Source: an uncultured Gammaproteobacteria bacterium
Lineage (GTDB): Bacteria; Patescibacteriota; Microgenomatia; Levybacterales; UBA12049
Direction of reading: 5' to 3'
Assembly (NCBI GenBank): GCA_964474445.1
Contig: CAYYSJ010000001.1
Span: 345,377 to 409,376 of the forward strand
Length of the DNA: 64,000 bases
The notes under the pieces were generated by a model. It saw only the letters and a program-made list of their open reading frames with translations. It searched no databases and had not been told where the DNA came from. This document shows positions 49,518-58,766 of this stretch, piece after piece. A program made the position numbers and the translations under genes. The stretch's first letter is position 1. Each line of letters begins with the position of its first letter.

Positions 49518-50237
49518 CTAATTAACAAATCTATATTTTAGCAATGTCCACAATGCTTTTCTTCCATCCCTAAAGGTATTAAGTTTTTTCCCTTCAGCAT
49601 ATCCACGGGGTATTACCATAATAGGAATTTCATGAATAGAAAATCCTTTTTTAATAAGACGAGCAGTTATTTCTGGCTCAAATTCAAATCCTTTTGCTTT
49701 CAATTTCATCTGCAAGACAGCTTTTCTTGGAAAAAGTTTATAACATGTTTCCATATCCGTTAACCACTGACCATACAGGATACTTGTTACTAAACTTAAA
49801 AATTTATTTCCAAGGTAATGCATCACAAACCGTATTGTTCGCTCTTCTTTTAAAAAATGAGGAAGCCGATTTAACCGTGTTCCATAGACAACAGAAGATC
49901 CTTTTTTTACTGCTTCCAACATTCGAACAATATCTTTCGGATTGTATTCTAAGTCAGCATCTTGAATGACAATGTAGTCTCCTGTTGCTTTTTCAATACC
50001 CGTCCGAACTGCAGCTCCCTTTCCTTGATTTTTCGTATGTTGATAAAAGAAAAAATTTCCCTTTTTATTGGACGCAAGAAACTTTTTAATAGTTGTCGCA
50101 CTACTATCTCTTGACCCATCATCCACAATAACGACTTCTTTTTCAACATCTCCCAATGATAGCTTGAGTAAACGCTCTAGAACAGCAATAATTGTTTTTT
50201 GTTCATTAAATACTGGGATAATGATTGATAATTTCAT
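49518..50237 (-). CDS. GT2 dolichol/polyprenol-phosphate mannose synthase-like
   Basis: IIPVFNE, VDDGSRD, NQGKGAAVR, IQDADLEY, VVYGTR, TDMETCYK, FEFEPEIT, R-x-x-x-EGKK; ATGA-coupled start at 50237. Confidence 0.9.
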   Translation of the reverse strand: MKLSIIIPVFNEQKTIIAVLERLLKLSLGDVEKEVVIVDDGSRDSSATTIKKFLASNKKGNFFFYQHTKNQGKGAAVRTGIEKATGDYIVIQDADLEYNPKDIVRMLEAVKKGSSVVYGTRLNRLPHFLKEERTIRFVMHYLGNKFLSLVTSILYGQWLTDMETCYKLFPRKAVLQMKLKAKGFEFEPEITARLIKKGFSIHEIPIMVIPRGYAEGKKLNTFRDGRKALWTLLKYRFVN

Positions 50238-51196
50238 TGGTAGCAAAGTTGTATTACTTGCGCATCTGTCCTTTTCCATAGCTTCCTCATGGTACTTCTA
50301 TAGAAAAGAACACGAGGAATACGCCATAATGCCATTCCTAACCCATAAAAAAATGCCACATCCTGATGCTGAACCGCTTTGGCAATGTGATATGGCAACC
50401 AAAAGACATGTTTTGCAATAAGCATTGTATCAGTAAGATTTAGCCATGTAAACAAGAATTGGTTACGATACACAATCTTCCTTACACGCAGTGGCTTATA
50501 AAATGTTTTGATAGCCCCTTTACTATGTTCATGTCTCACAACACTTTTTTGCTCAAAAAGTACGGTAAATCCTGCTTTTTGTGCCCTATATGACAAATCA
50601 ATATCTTCCCAATAGAATGGGTTATACAATTCATTTAACCCTCCCAACTTTTCCCATATACTTTTTCTAAAAGCACCGCTTCCTCCACTCACCCATAGAG
50701 TGTGAGGACTATTCAACGATCCGGCGCTATGTGCCAAAAATCCTCTCTCCCATTTTCCGACACCACGACCCCGTAAAACAATTTTCCCCTCTTCAACACT
50801 TTCATCCATGCACCCCACGGCAAACACATTAGGATCTTTAAAATGTGACAATAACGGTGTTAAAAATCCTTTTTTAGGAACAACATCACTATTAAGAAGG
50901 ATAAGGATATCTCCCTTTGCTGCTCTTACTCCTACATTGACGTTTCCTGAAAACCCTCGATTTTTCCCAAGAGGATTTTCCAAAACAACAGAGGAAAGTT
51001 TTTTACTATTTTTAGGAACAAGATCTTCTAAGAGGTGCTTTACTGCACCAACAGACCCATCTTGGGACGCATCGTCTGTGATGATAATTTCTACAAAACC
51101 TGCTCCATACTCTTCAACAGCTTTCACAACAAGAGGAATATTGTGTAAAAGTAAATCTCGTCCGTTGAAATTTGGAATAACAATACTAATATTCAT
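50234..51196 (-). CDS. GT2 glycosyltransferase (WbbL-like)
   Basis: VIPNFNG, DDASQD, NRGFSGNVN, LLNSD, GGLNELYNPFYWEDIDLSYRA. Confidence 0.9.
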   Translation of the reverse strand: MNISIVIPNFNGRDLLLHNIPLVVKAVEEYGAGFVEIIITDDASQDGSVGAVKHLLEDLVPKNSKKLSSVVLENPLGKNRGFSGNVNVGVRAAKGDILILLNSDVVPKKGFLTPLLSHFKDPNVFAVGCMDESVEEGKIVLRGRGVGKWERGFLAHSAGSLNSPHTLWVSGGSGAFRKSIWEKLGGLNELYNPFYWEDIDLSYRAQKAGFTVLFEQKSVVRHEHSKGAIKTFYKPLRVRKIVYRNQFLFTWLNLTDTMLIAKHVFWLPYHIAKAVQHQDVAFFYGLGMALWRIPRVLFYRSTMRKLWKRTDAQVIQLCYQ

Positions 51197-51207
51197 ATCT
51201 ATTAAGA

Positions 51208-53454
51208 TTAAAACAGTACGACGTTAAATGCAATTGTGTGCTTCCCTTTTGGCACAAATACCCCTCGCAAAACATAATCTGTCATATATACTCTTGTTTC
51301 CCTTCCGTCGATAAAGACATGCCATGTTGGATAATAGGCATCTGTTACTACCAAAAAACCATCACCACTACTGTCTGTCTGTATGGATACTTTCGAAGGA
51401 GTATAGAGAGTAATCCATGCTTTTCCTTGCATCAAAGTAATTCTTTGTTGTACTCCTTCAACGACTGCTTTGGTATTCAATGAATCTTTTTCTGCAAAGA
51501 GTTTTTCTATTGCTTGTTGTTTGGAGAAAGCGGGGATGATTTCTTTAATAAAAAATGCTCTCGGCAGTACCTGGCTGTTTTCATATACTTTTGTTTGTCC
51601 TTCTTCAAAAACTTTTTTCAATGAAAGATCATTAAGATCATCCAGACTCAGTATAAACTTTACTCCTAAAAGATTCATAAAGGGATTGTTTATGGTATGT
51701 GGAGTAATAATTCTATTAAACCCAAAAGGAGGAGTAACATCTGGCTTTCCTCTTCCAAGAGCAGCAATAAATTCACCATATCTTTGCAGATATAATGGAT
51801 CATAGACATCAAGACTCTGCAGTTGGTAGTATGCATTTACATTTGGAGGAAGTAACCTATCATCTGTTGTCATATACCGATATCCATTAAGATGCTGTTG
51901 TAAAAAAGAGATAGTTTTTGTGGAAGAATATAAAAGTTGTTGCTGCGTAAAAGGAGTAAATTTCTCTCCGAATCGTATGCCATCATAAACAGAAAGCAGC
52001 AATATAAAGGAAAACATAATCAAAAATGTTTTTCGATACCTTAAAAAAGAACCAGTAACGAGAATAAAAGAAGCAATCAGAAATAATCCAGTTGGCAACA
52101 TACTATTTCTTTTTGCTGTCAATAAATTTTCAACTGGAAAAGCAGGAATCATTTTTGTACCAAATAACAAAAATACCCATACTCCGACAAATACGAATCC
52201 AAAGATACTAATAATGAAAAGCAATTGTTTTTTTGACATGTTCCTCGCATAATCGACTCCAAAGGCTGCAAGAATAATGAGAGCAAAATCAATCAGCGAT
52301 AACAGTCTTGTCGGTTGTGATGTTGAGAGAAAAGGAATATGAAACAGAAATGGCAATGTAGCAATTGGATTTGCAGTTGCAAAAAGCAGTGATAGAAGAA
52401 GTATTCCTAAGAAGAAATAGACAACTTTTCTTCTGACAAAAAATCCTCCAATACAGGCAAAAATCAGTGGAATGATGCCAATATAGCCAACTAATTCTCC
52501 ATAATTCCATACTCCCCAATAGTTCATTGTTGTTGGGTTACCAAAAAAATCAGGAATAATAAATTGAAGAAGATGTTGATAAGGGATAAACCAACCTGTT
52601 GCATGCCAATCAAGATCAACTGTTCGTGCGGAGAGCGAAATAAGTTGCAGTGTTGGAATAAGCTGGACTAAAGAGATAAACAGCGTAAGTAGGAAGAATG
52701 TTACGAACAACATCACAAACTGTTTTCGACCACTTCTCTCCTGCCACAGTTTTAGCAAAAAGTAGAGAGTACTTACTACAGAAACATAAAAAAACGTCTG
52801 CAAATGTCCTGCTAAGAGGGACAATACTAATCCCAAGGAAACAATCACTATATAGAGAAGTCTTTTTTTTAGTACCGTTGATATAAACAACTTCTCTATA
52901 CTCCACAACAGAAACGGTAGCCACAAGAAACTTTGGACAATGGTGTTCCATTCAAGCCATGCAATGACAAATCCAGAAAACGAAAAGGAAATTCCTGCAA
53001 ATACACTTCCAAAAAAAGACACCTTTACTTGTCTTAGATAAAGAAAGAGAAATAATGCTCCTAGTACAGGGGAGAGAAAGACCTGGAATGACCATGCAGT
53101 TGCAAAAGGAAGAATAAAGAAAAGAAGGTTGAAGGGATACAAAACAGCAGATTGTTGATTCCCAAGAAGGGGCATACCTAAGCCGTTATACGGATTCCAT
53201 AATGGAAGTATTCCTTTTGTTTCTAGCTGGTATGCTAAAAATCTCCAAACATACTGTTGTCTGACAGGATCTGTAATCAGAAAATTTTTAAAAGGCAATC
53301 CTCGTGGATATTGCGCAGCAAAAGCATCTCGAAAAGGATGGTATAAGCCGACAAGACTATCTGATGGAATAGGGAGTTTATGTTGGAAAAAGAACGATCC
53401 AAAAAACATACTAATGATACTACCTATGACAAGAACACTGAGGATGTTTTTCAT
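51208..53454 (-). CDS. YfhO-family GT-C membrane glycosyltransferase
   Basis: ITDPVRQ, PLWNPY..GMPLLGN, AGHLQ, PDFFGNP, LPRAFF, YYPTWHVFIDG. Confidence 0.85.
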   Translation of the reverse strand: MKNILSVLVIGSIISMFFGSFFFQHKLPIPSDSLVGLYHPFRDAFAAQYPRGLPFKNFLITDPVRQQYVWRFLAYQLETKGILPLWNPYNGLGMPLLGNQQSAVLYPFNLLFFILPFATAWSFQVFLSPVLGALFLFLYLRQVKVSFFGSVFAGISFSFSGFVIAWLEWNTIVQSFLWLPFLLWSIEKLFISTVLKKRLLYIVIVSLGLVLSLLAGHLQTFFYVSVVSTLYFLLKLWQERSGRKQFVMLFVTFFLLTLFISLVQLIPTLQLISLSARTVDLDWHATGWFIPYQHLLQFIIPDFFGNPTTMNYWGVWNYGELVGYIGIIPLIFACIGGFFVRRKVVYFFLGILLLSLLFATANPIATLPFLFHIPFLSTSQPTRLLSLIDFALIILAAFGVDYARNMSKKQLLFIISIFGFVFVGVWVFLLFGTKMIPAFPVENLLTAKRNSMLPTGLFLIASFILVTGSFLRYRKTFLIMFSFILLLSVYDGIRFGEKFTPFTQQQLLYSSTKTISFLQQHLNGYRYMTTDDRLLPPNVNAYYQLQSLDVYDPLYLQRYGEFIAALGRGKPDVTPPFGFNRIITPHTINNPFMNLLGVKFILSLDDLNDLSLKKVFEEGQTKVYENSQVLPRAFFIKEIIPAFSKQQAIEKLFAEKDSLNTKAVVEGVQQRITLMQGKAWITLYTPSKVSIQTDSSGDGFLVVTDAYYPTWHVFIDGRETRVYMTDYVLRGVFVPKGKHTIAFNVVLF

Positions 53455-54515
53455 AATAATTTTTGTAATGCTTCAACAAACCGTTCAGTAGTAAACTGTT
53501 TTGCAGTTTCCTTTGCTTTTTTCTGAAAGTCGTCATATAACGTAGTACTGCGAATAAGAGACTGTGTTTTCTCAATGAGTTCATCCTCTGTTTGCCAGAG
53601 AAATCCGTTGATTCCATCGGTAACAATCTCGGGTTGTCCTCCACTACCGATGACAACAGGTACTGCTCCTTGTTGCATTGCTTCAACCGTTGAAATACCA
53701 AAATGTTCAGTTCTATCAGGGTATTCAGTTATGTTTTCTTTAAATCCAGTTGCATGCCAGTAAATTTTTGCTTCACAATACAATTTGTGTAACTCCCCAA
53801 GTGAAATATTTTCCATAATACGAATGGAATAGTTTTTTATCATATCGTTTAACTCTTGCATATATTTCTTATCTTCCGGGAGAAAACTCCCAGCTAATAC
53901 AAGTTCCCAACCTTTCAACCCACCGTCAATCATTTTTTTAAATGTTTCAATCAATACGTCTTGTTTTTTTACCCATCGTCCATCACTATTTTTTTGGAAT
54001 CTCCCAACAGAAAGAATGATATTTTTCTTCGTAACAATATTTGGTGAAAACGTATCAACAGGAGGATAAATAACAAGACTATGAACTCCAAAGGTTTTAT
54101 CTATATATGACTTGGTAAAAGCTGAGTTACAAATAAATTTTGTGACTCGTTTGATTTTAAATCTATTAAGAAGACCTGTTGTACTTACCCATTCTACAGG
54201 GAATTGAAAATGAACATATAATTTTTTACACCCTAAAAGAGGAATACTTCCGTCGCTTAAATAAAAGATCACATCATAATCTTGCGTTAAGAAGATACGT
54301 TGTAGAACAGAATATGAAGAAGAAAAAATATTTCTTGTTACATGTATTTTTTCTGTATCAAACCCAAATTTTTCTTGCGCTTTTTTCACTATATCAGCAT
54401 CATCCCAAAAGATAGATACGTGGTGTTTTTTGGAGAAAAATGAAGCTGCTGTCAACATATATTTCTCTCCACCTCCAAGAGTATTCAGGTAAGGATCAAA
54501 AAAACCTATCTTCAC
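53451..54515 (-). CDS. GT4 glycosyltransferase (Alg11/WbdA-like)
   Basis: LGGGEKY, CNSAFT..IYPPV, SVGRF, EHFGISTVEAM; GTG start. Confidence 0.9.
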   Translation of the reverse strand: MKIGFFDPYLNTLGGGEKYMLTAASFFSKKHHVSIFWDDADIVKKAQEKFGFDTEKIHVTRNIFSSSYSVLQRIFLTQDYDVIFYLSDGSIPLLGCKKLYVHFQFPVEWVSTTGLLNRFKIKRVTKFICNSAFTKSYIDKTFGVHSLVIYPPVDTFSPNIVTKKNIILSVGRFQKNSDGRWVKKQDVLIETFKKMIDGGLKGWELVLAGSFLPEDKKYMQELNDMIKNYSIRIMENISLGELHKLYCEAKIYWHATGFKENITEYPDRTEHFGISTVEAMQQGAVPVVIGSGGQPEIVTDGINGFLWQTEDELIEKTQSLIRSTTLYDDFQKKAKETAKQFTTERFVEALQKLL

Positions 54516-54568
54516 AAAGCAATTGTAGCAATTTTTGACAATCTCTGAAAGTATGCTATCATTGATGT
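54516..54568. promoter_or_regulatory. Overlapping divergent promoters, both placed for leaderless mRNA
   Basis: Plus TTGACA(54535)-N16-TATCAT with TG extension, 6 nt before ATG 54569; minus TGcTACAAT 6 nt before GTG 54515. Confidence 0.7.
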
Positions 54569-54790
54569 ATGAACCTTCCTAATATCCCTGCGTGGGGACT
54601 TTTTGTTCTTTTCGTATGGTCTTTGCTCTGGAAAGGATTGGCTCTGTGGACCTCTGCAAGACAAGATCAGCGAAATTGGTTTGTTGTTATGCTTATTCTC
54701 AATACCGTTGGACTTTTAGAAATTGCCTATCTTTTCTTTTTCGCAAAAGAAAAATTAAGAATTCGCAGCTTACAATTTTGGAGAAAATAG
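54569..54790 (+). CDS. Small membrane protein, DUF5652-like
   Basis: WSLLWKGLALW..A..Q..WF...LNTVGLLEIAYLF resembles the CPR-enriched DUF5652 pattern (recalled, not searched); has its own promoter. Confidence 0.8.
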   Translation: MNLPNIPAWGLFVLFVWSLLWKGLALWTSARQDQRNWFVVMLILNTVGLLEIAYLFFFAKEKLRIRSLQFWRK

Positions 54791-57109
54791 TTTCTTTTTA
54801 AGCATCACACTCGCTAGTAGTGCCACGAGTCCTATACATGCCCCCCATAATCCCATATAAAAGCTTGTGGGCTGGTATGAAAAAACAATGGTATGAACTC
54901 CGGCTGGTACCTCAACAGCTCTGAAAGCAAAATCTGCACGATACAAATGGGTATCTTGTCCATCCATAAAGGCTTTCCACCCAGGATAAAATTGGTCAGA
55001 AATAAAAAGTAACATTGCCGTTTTGGCTGATGTTTGAATCTTCACGTTATTTGCTTTATAGAAAACAATCTTAGTATGAGCTTGTGTATCTTCTGAGATT
55101 GCCTGGTTTGGTTTTTCTTCCAAAACAACTGTCCTTCTCAGATCAGTGTCCTTTGCAAACATGGTATCAAGAATCGACTGTTTTTTTTGCTTCAACACAT
55201 AGTTTCCAACAAGAAAAGCTCTTGGATAGACAGACGTATTTTCTAATATTCTATATGAAGCATCCGTATACAAAGGTGAAAACTGGTTTGATGGATAATT
55301 CCAATATGGCAATGTCCATCCCATATTATCGTCAGAAACCTTATGGACAAGGTATTTTACATTCAAAAGATTCAGAACTTGTGAAGTATAGAGACCTTGT
55401 CGAGGAAACGTTACAACTGATCGATCAGCCTCATGGAATTCCCCGTCATTTAACGATGCAATAAACTCACCATATCGTCTTGGATATAACGCATCATATC
55501 CTTCAAGTCCTGGGAGTTTATAGTAGTCTGATACTTGCGCTCCAAAATTTCCCAAAACTCTTTCATATCCTGCAATCCGACTGAACGCTTGTGTCACTGG
55601 TACGTTCTCGTACACAAAATTTTTGGGATCAAACGATTGCCATTTTGTGACAAATCGATACATATCAAAAGCAACAAAACAGAGAAGGAGTACGAAACAA
55701 ATATATTTCACTCTTTTCTGAGGAACCATTCCTATAAACAGACAAAGAATAAAACCCAAAGCGATACTCGTTGGAAGAATAAGATTTTGCTTGGCAATAG
55801 GTATTTTCTCGAGTGGAAGAAAAAGCTTTTTTGCAATCACGATCCACAACAACCCGAATGCAATAATAACAAAACCCATCAATAATCCTGGTATTTTCTT
55901 TTTATTGTCTGAGAGGAAATGATAGAGACTATCCAACCCAAATCCCGCAAGAAGTGCAAAAAAGAAACTATATACACCCACAATACGGCTTAATGCGCTT
56001 GTTGATAAAACAGGAATATGAAGTCTTACAAACACATCGGTAATGGGAGTATCAAGAGCAAGAAGAACGCAAAGGATTCCTGTTACAAAGGCGAATCGTA
56101 CAATAGATTTTTTCCAAAGCGTAAGTGAGAACAATGCAAGGAAAAAAGGAATAATACCAATATACATATTCCATTCAGCATAATGCCCAAACCAGTCATT
56201 TCGCGTAACAGGATTTCCAAGAAAATCAGGAGCAAGAAGCGTTGGTAGATAAGCAAGAGGAATGGCTTCTCCTTTTTGGAATAGTCCACTTCTCAGAGAT
56301 TGCGTATAAAATTCAAGGGACGGGAGGATTTGTGGTAAGCATAACAATATTCCACTGAAAAGAGCTATCCCTGAGAACAAAGAGAGAAATAATGATTTTT
56401 TTTGAAACGATTTATAAAGATAGTAGGCAAGTGTTGCTAACAAGACATAGAGGCTAATCTGAAAATGACCGCTAAAAAACGACAAAGGAAGAGAAAATGA
56501 AAGAAGGAAAAGATACTTTGTTTGTTTGGTTGAAAAAAATCCTTCAAGTCCAGTGAGTGCATACGGTAAAAAAAGCAATGCATATCCTAATGTTGCGTAT
56601 CCCATCCAGACTACCAAAAATCCACAAAACATAAAGGATATGCTTGATAAAAGTCCTCCCCATTTGCTCACTCCTACCTGTCTGGCAAAAAGATACATAC
56701 CAATTCCGGCAAGAAGCGGTTGGAAGAGGACAAGCAAACTCCATCCTTCTACAAAAGGCGTAAAAAAGAAAAGAACGTTAAGAGGTGATAAGACAGCAGA
56801 TTGATAATTAGCAAGAAGGGGTGTCCCTCCAAAACTGGACATATTCCACAAGGGAAGTTGTCGGTGCTTCCAAAGCGATATTGCTTCATACCTCCACGGA
56901 TAGATTTGTGTAATAACATCAGGCATTGCTCCATTTTTTACAGGAATTCCATTTTGAGGGTATGCACTCCATGGAGCAAACGTGGTGACTTGGTAGGTTG
57001 AGGAAAAAGGAACTTTATTATGAAAAAAATACGGTATACAAAAAATGAACCAGAGAGCGATAATACAGATAACAGGATGAAATAATTTTTGCAGTAAATA
57101 AGTCTTCAT
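54770..57109 (-). CDS. YfhO-family GT-C membrane glycosyltransferase
   Basis: MPDVITQIYPWR, PLWN..GTPLLANYQS, SGHFQ, PDFLGNP, YPRAFLV, FYPGWKA; paralog of 51208-53454; start ATG 57109. Confidence 0.85.
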   Translation of the reverse strand: MKTYLLQKLFHPVICIIALWFIFCIPYFFHNKVPFSSTYQVTTFAPWSAYPQNGIPVKNGAMPDVITQIYPWRYEAISLWKHRQLPLWNMSSFGGTPLLANYQSAVLSPLNVLFFFTPFVEGWSLLVLFQPLLAGIGMYLFARQVGVSKWGGLLSSISFMFCGFLVVWMGYATLGYALLFLPYALTGLEGFFSTKQTKYLFLLSFSLPLSFFSGHFQISLYVLLATLAYYLYKSFQKKSLFLSLFSGIALFSGILLCLPQILPSLEFYTQSLRSGLFQKGEAIPLAYLPTLLAPDFLGNPVTRNDWFGHYAEWNMYIGIIPFFLALFSLTLWKKSIVRFAFVTGILCVLLALDTPITDVFVRLHIPVLSTSALSRIVGVYSFFFALLAGFGLDSLYHFLSDNKKKIPGLLMGFVIIAFGLLWIVIAKKLFLPLEKIPIAKQNLILPTSIALGFILCLFIGMVPQKRVKYICFVLLLCFVAFDMYRFVTKWQSFDPKNFVYENVPVTQAFSRIAGYERVLGNFGAQVSDYYKLPGLEGYDALYPRRYGEFIASLNDGEFHEADRSVVTFPRQGLYTSQVLNLLNVKYLVHKVSDDNMGWTLPYWNYPSNQFSPLYTDASYRILENTSVYPRAFLVGNYVLKQKKQSILDTMFAKDTDLRRTVVLEEKPNQAISEDTQAHTKIVFYKANNVKIQTSAKTAMLLFISDQFYPGWKAFMDGQDTHLYRADFAFRAVEVPAGVHTIVFSYQPTSFYMGLWGACIGLVALLASVMLKKKLFSPKL

Positions 57110-57111
57110 AG

Positions 57112-57852
57112 TCAATTCTTTTTTTGTTGCATCTCCCACAGTCTTGCATAGGTAATAAACATACTGTAGGACTGATACATACTCTCAATTAACCCCATTG
57201 TTCCTGCTTTCCATCCTCCCTGCTTTATATACGAGTCGAAAAAGCCTGTAAGCATAACACGTATGAGTCTCCATGTAACAATACGCGGATGGTTGGTATC
57301 AAGACGAAGTTGCGCTTCTGTTTGTGACCACTGAATTGTCTTCTCAAGCATTGAGGTTAAATTACGATGTGTGTAGTGAAAAAGGAAACCATGCAAGTCC
57401 CCAATTCTTCCATGTACTTTTGCTGTTTCATGCAATTTCCCAAACCATCCTTCTAAGTGACTCTTTTTAAAAAGTCTTTCTAATTGTTCTATCTTTGGCC
57501 ATGGGTAATTGCCTAAATAAAAGTTTTTCCTTTTGACTCGAAAAGCATCGTAGGAATCTTTTTGAATAGCTGCAAGAATTTGTTCCTTAAGCTGAGGACT
57601 TACCCTCTCGTCGGTATCAATATAGAGTAACCATTCTCCTTTTGCCTCCTGCATTCCGATATTTCGCTGTTTTGCAAAATCAACATCTGTTCCCCGAACT
57701 ACTCGAGCTCCTAATTGTTTGGCTAGTGTCACGGTATTATCAGTAGACCCAGCATCTACTAAAACAACCTCATCACAAAAATGCAGTGACTCAATACAAT
57801 CTTTTAGAAGGTATGCTCCATTTTTTGCAATAATAATTCCTGAAAGTTTCAT
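57112..57852 (-). CDS. GT2, WaaE/beta-1,4-glucosyltransferase-like
   Basis: IIAKN..CIESL, DFAKQRN, YIDTDER, LHE, GWKAG..G. Confidence 0.88.
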   Translation of the reverse strand: MKLSGIIIAKNGAYLLKDCIESLHFCDEVVLVDAGSTDNTVTLAKQLGARVVRGTDVDFAKQRNIGMQEAKGEWLLYIDTDERVSPQLKEQILAAIQKDSYDAFRVKRKNFYLGNYPWPKIEQLERLFKKSHLEGWFGKLHETAKVHGRIGDLHGFLFHYTHRNLTSMLEKTIQWSQTEAQLRLDTNHPRIVTWRLIRVMLTGFFDSYIKQGGWKAGTMGLIESMYQSYSMFITYARLWEMQQKKN

Positions 57853-58766
57853 CAGCGGCCAAAACTTCCCTTCCCCATATTCCCTCTGTAAAAATCAATA
57901 ATGCCCTTTTTCTGCCATTCTCTGCCACGTACTAACAAACGCATACTTTCCCTGATAAGAGCTACTTTTGAACGAAGAGGCGCATATCGCATACCAAAAA
58001 GCATTCTATTGCGCGTGAGATAGTAATCATGCAAAATTGATCCAGAACCACCACCTGATGCAGCGGTGATATGCCACAAAACAGCTTGAGGGTGGTAAAC
58101 AATGCGAAAACCTGCTTTCAGAAGTCTCTGACTTAAATCACCATCTTCAAAGTAAAGAAAATACTTATTATCAAACATCCCAACCTTTTGCAGTGCTTGT
58201 CTTGATAACAGCATGCAACAGCCTGTTGCAAAACTGATGTCTTCTTCCCTGTCATATTGTCCCTTATCTACTTCATCTACTCCGCGATGTCTCGTAAATA
58301 CGTTAGCCCAATCAACATAGCCACCAGCAAACCAAAAGACTCTTCCTAACTCGTCCTTTTTATATTTTTCTAAATGATATTCATGGCCTTTTGCAAAATA
58401 AATCTTTGGCACAACAAGCCCTACATTTGCATCATGCTCAAATGGTTTGAGAAGCTCCTGGAGAAGCTCAGGATCTACAATCGTGTCATTATTGATAAGC
58501 ATGACGTAGTCTGCTTCATTCCCAAGGCCATATTCTATGCCAACATTACTTCCCCCTGTAAATCCTAAATTTTTCCCTGTGCTTAATAGCGCTATCCCTT
58601 TTTCCTTTTCTTCAGGAGTTAACGTAAAGGGTATTTTTGATCCATTATCGATAACAACTATTTCTACAATAAGACCTTTTGTATTCAACTTTTCTAAAGA
58701 CTGCAGACACGCATGTGTCTCCTTCTCACTATTGAAATTTATTGTTGCTATAACGACTTTCTTCAT
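57852..58766 (-). CDS. GT2 glycosyltransferase (WbbL-like)
   Basis: IDNGS, NLGFTGGSN, LINND, TGCCML, FDNKYFLYFEDGD, YYLTRNR. Confidence 0.9.
   Translation of the reverse strand: MKKVVIATINFNSEKETHACLQSLEKLNTKGLIVEIVVIDNGSKIPFTLTPEEKEKGIALLSTGKNLGFTGGSNVGIEYGLGNEADYVMLINNDTIVDPELLQELLKPFEHDANVGLVVPKIYFAKGHEYHLEKYKKDELGRVFWFAGGYVDWANVFTRHRGVDEVDKGQYDREEDISFATGCCMLLSRQALQKVGMFDNKYFLYFEDGDLSQRLLKAGFRIVYHPQAVLWHITAASGGGSGSILHDYYLTRNRMLFGMRYAPLRSKVALIRESMRLLVRGREWQKKGIIDFYRGNMGKGSFGR

Noticed and set aside
49228-49518. 96-aa minus ORF (and 66-aa plus ORF) spanning the intergenic gap
   Set aside because: Non-ATG start, no recognisable family, overlaps the next gene; not called as CDS but not excluded.
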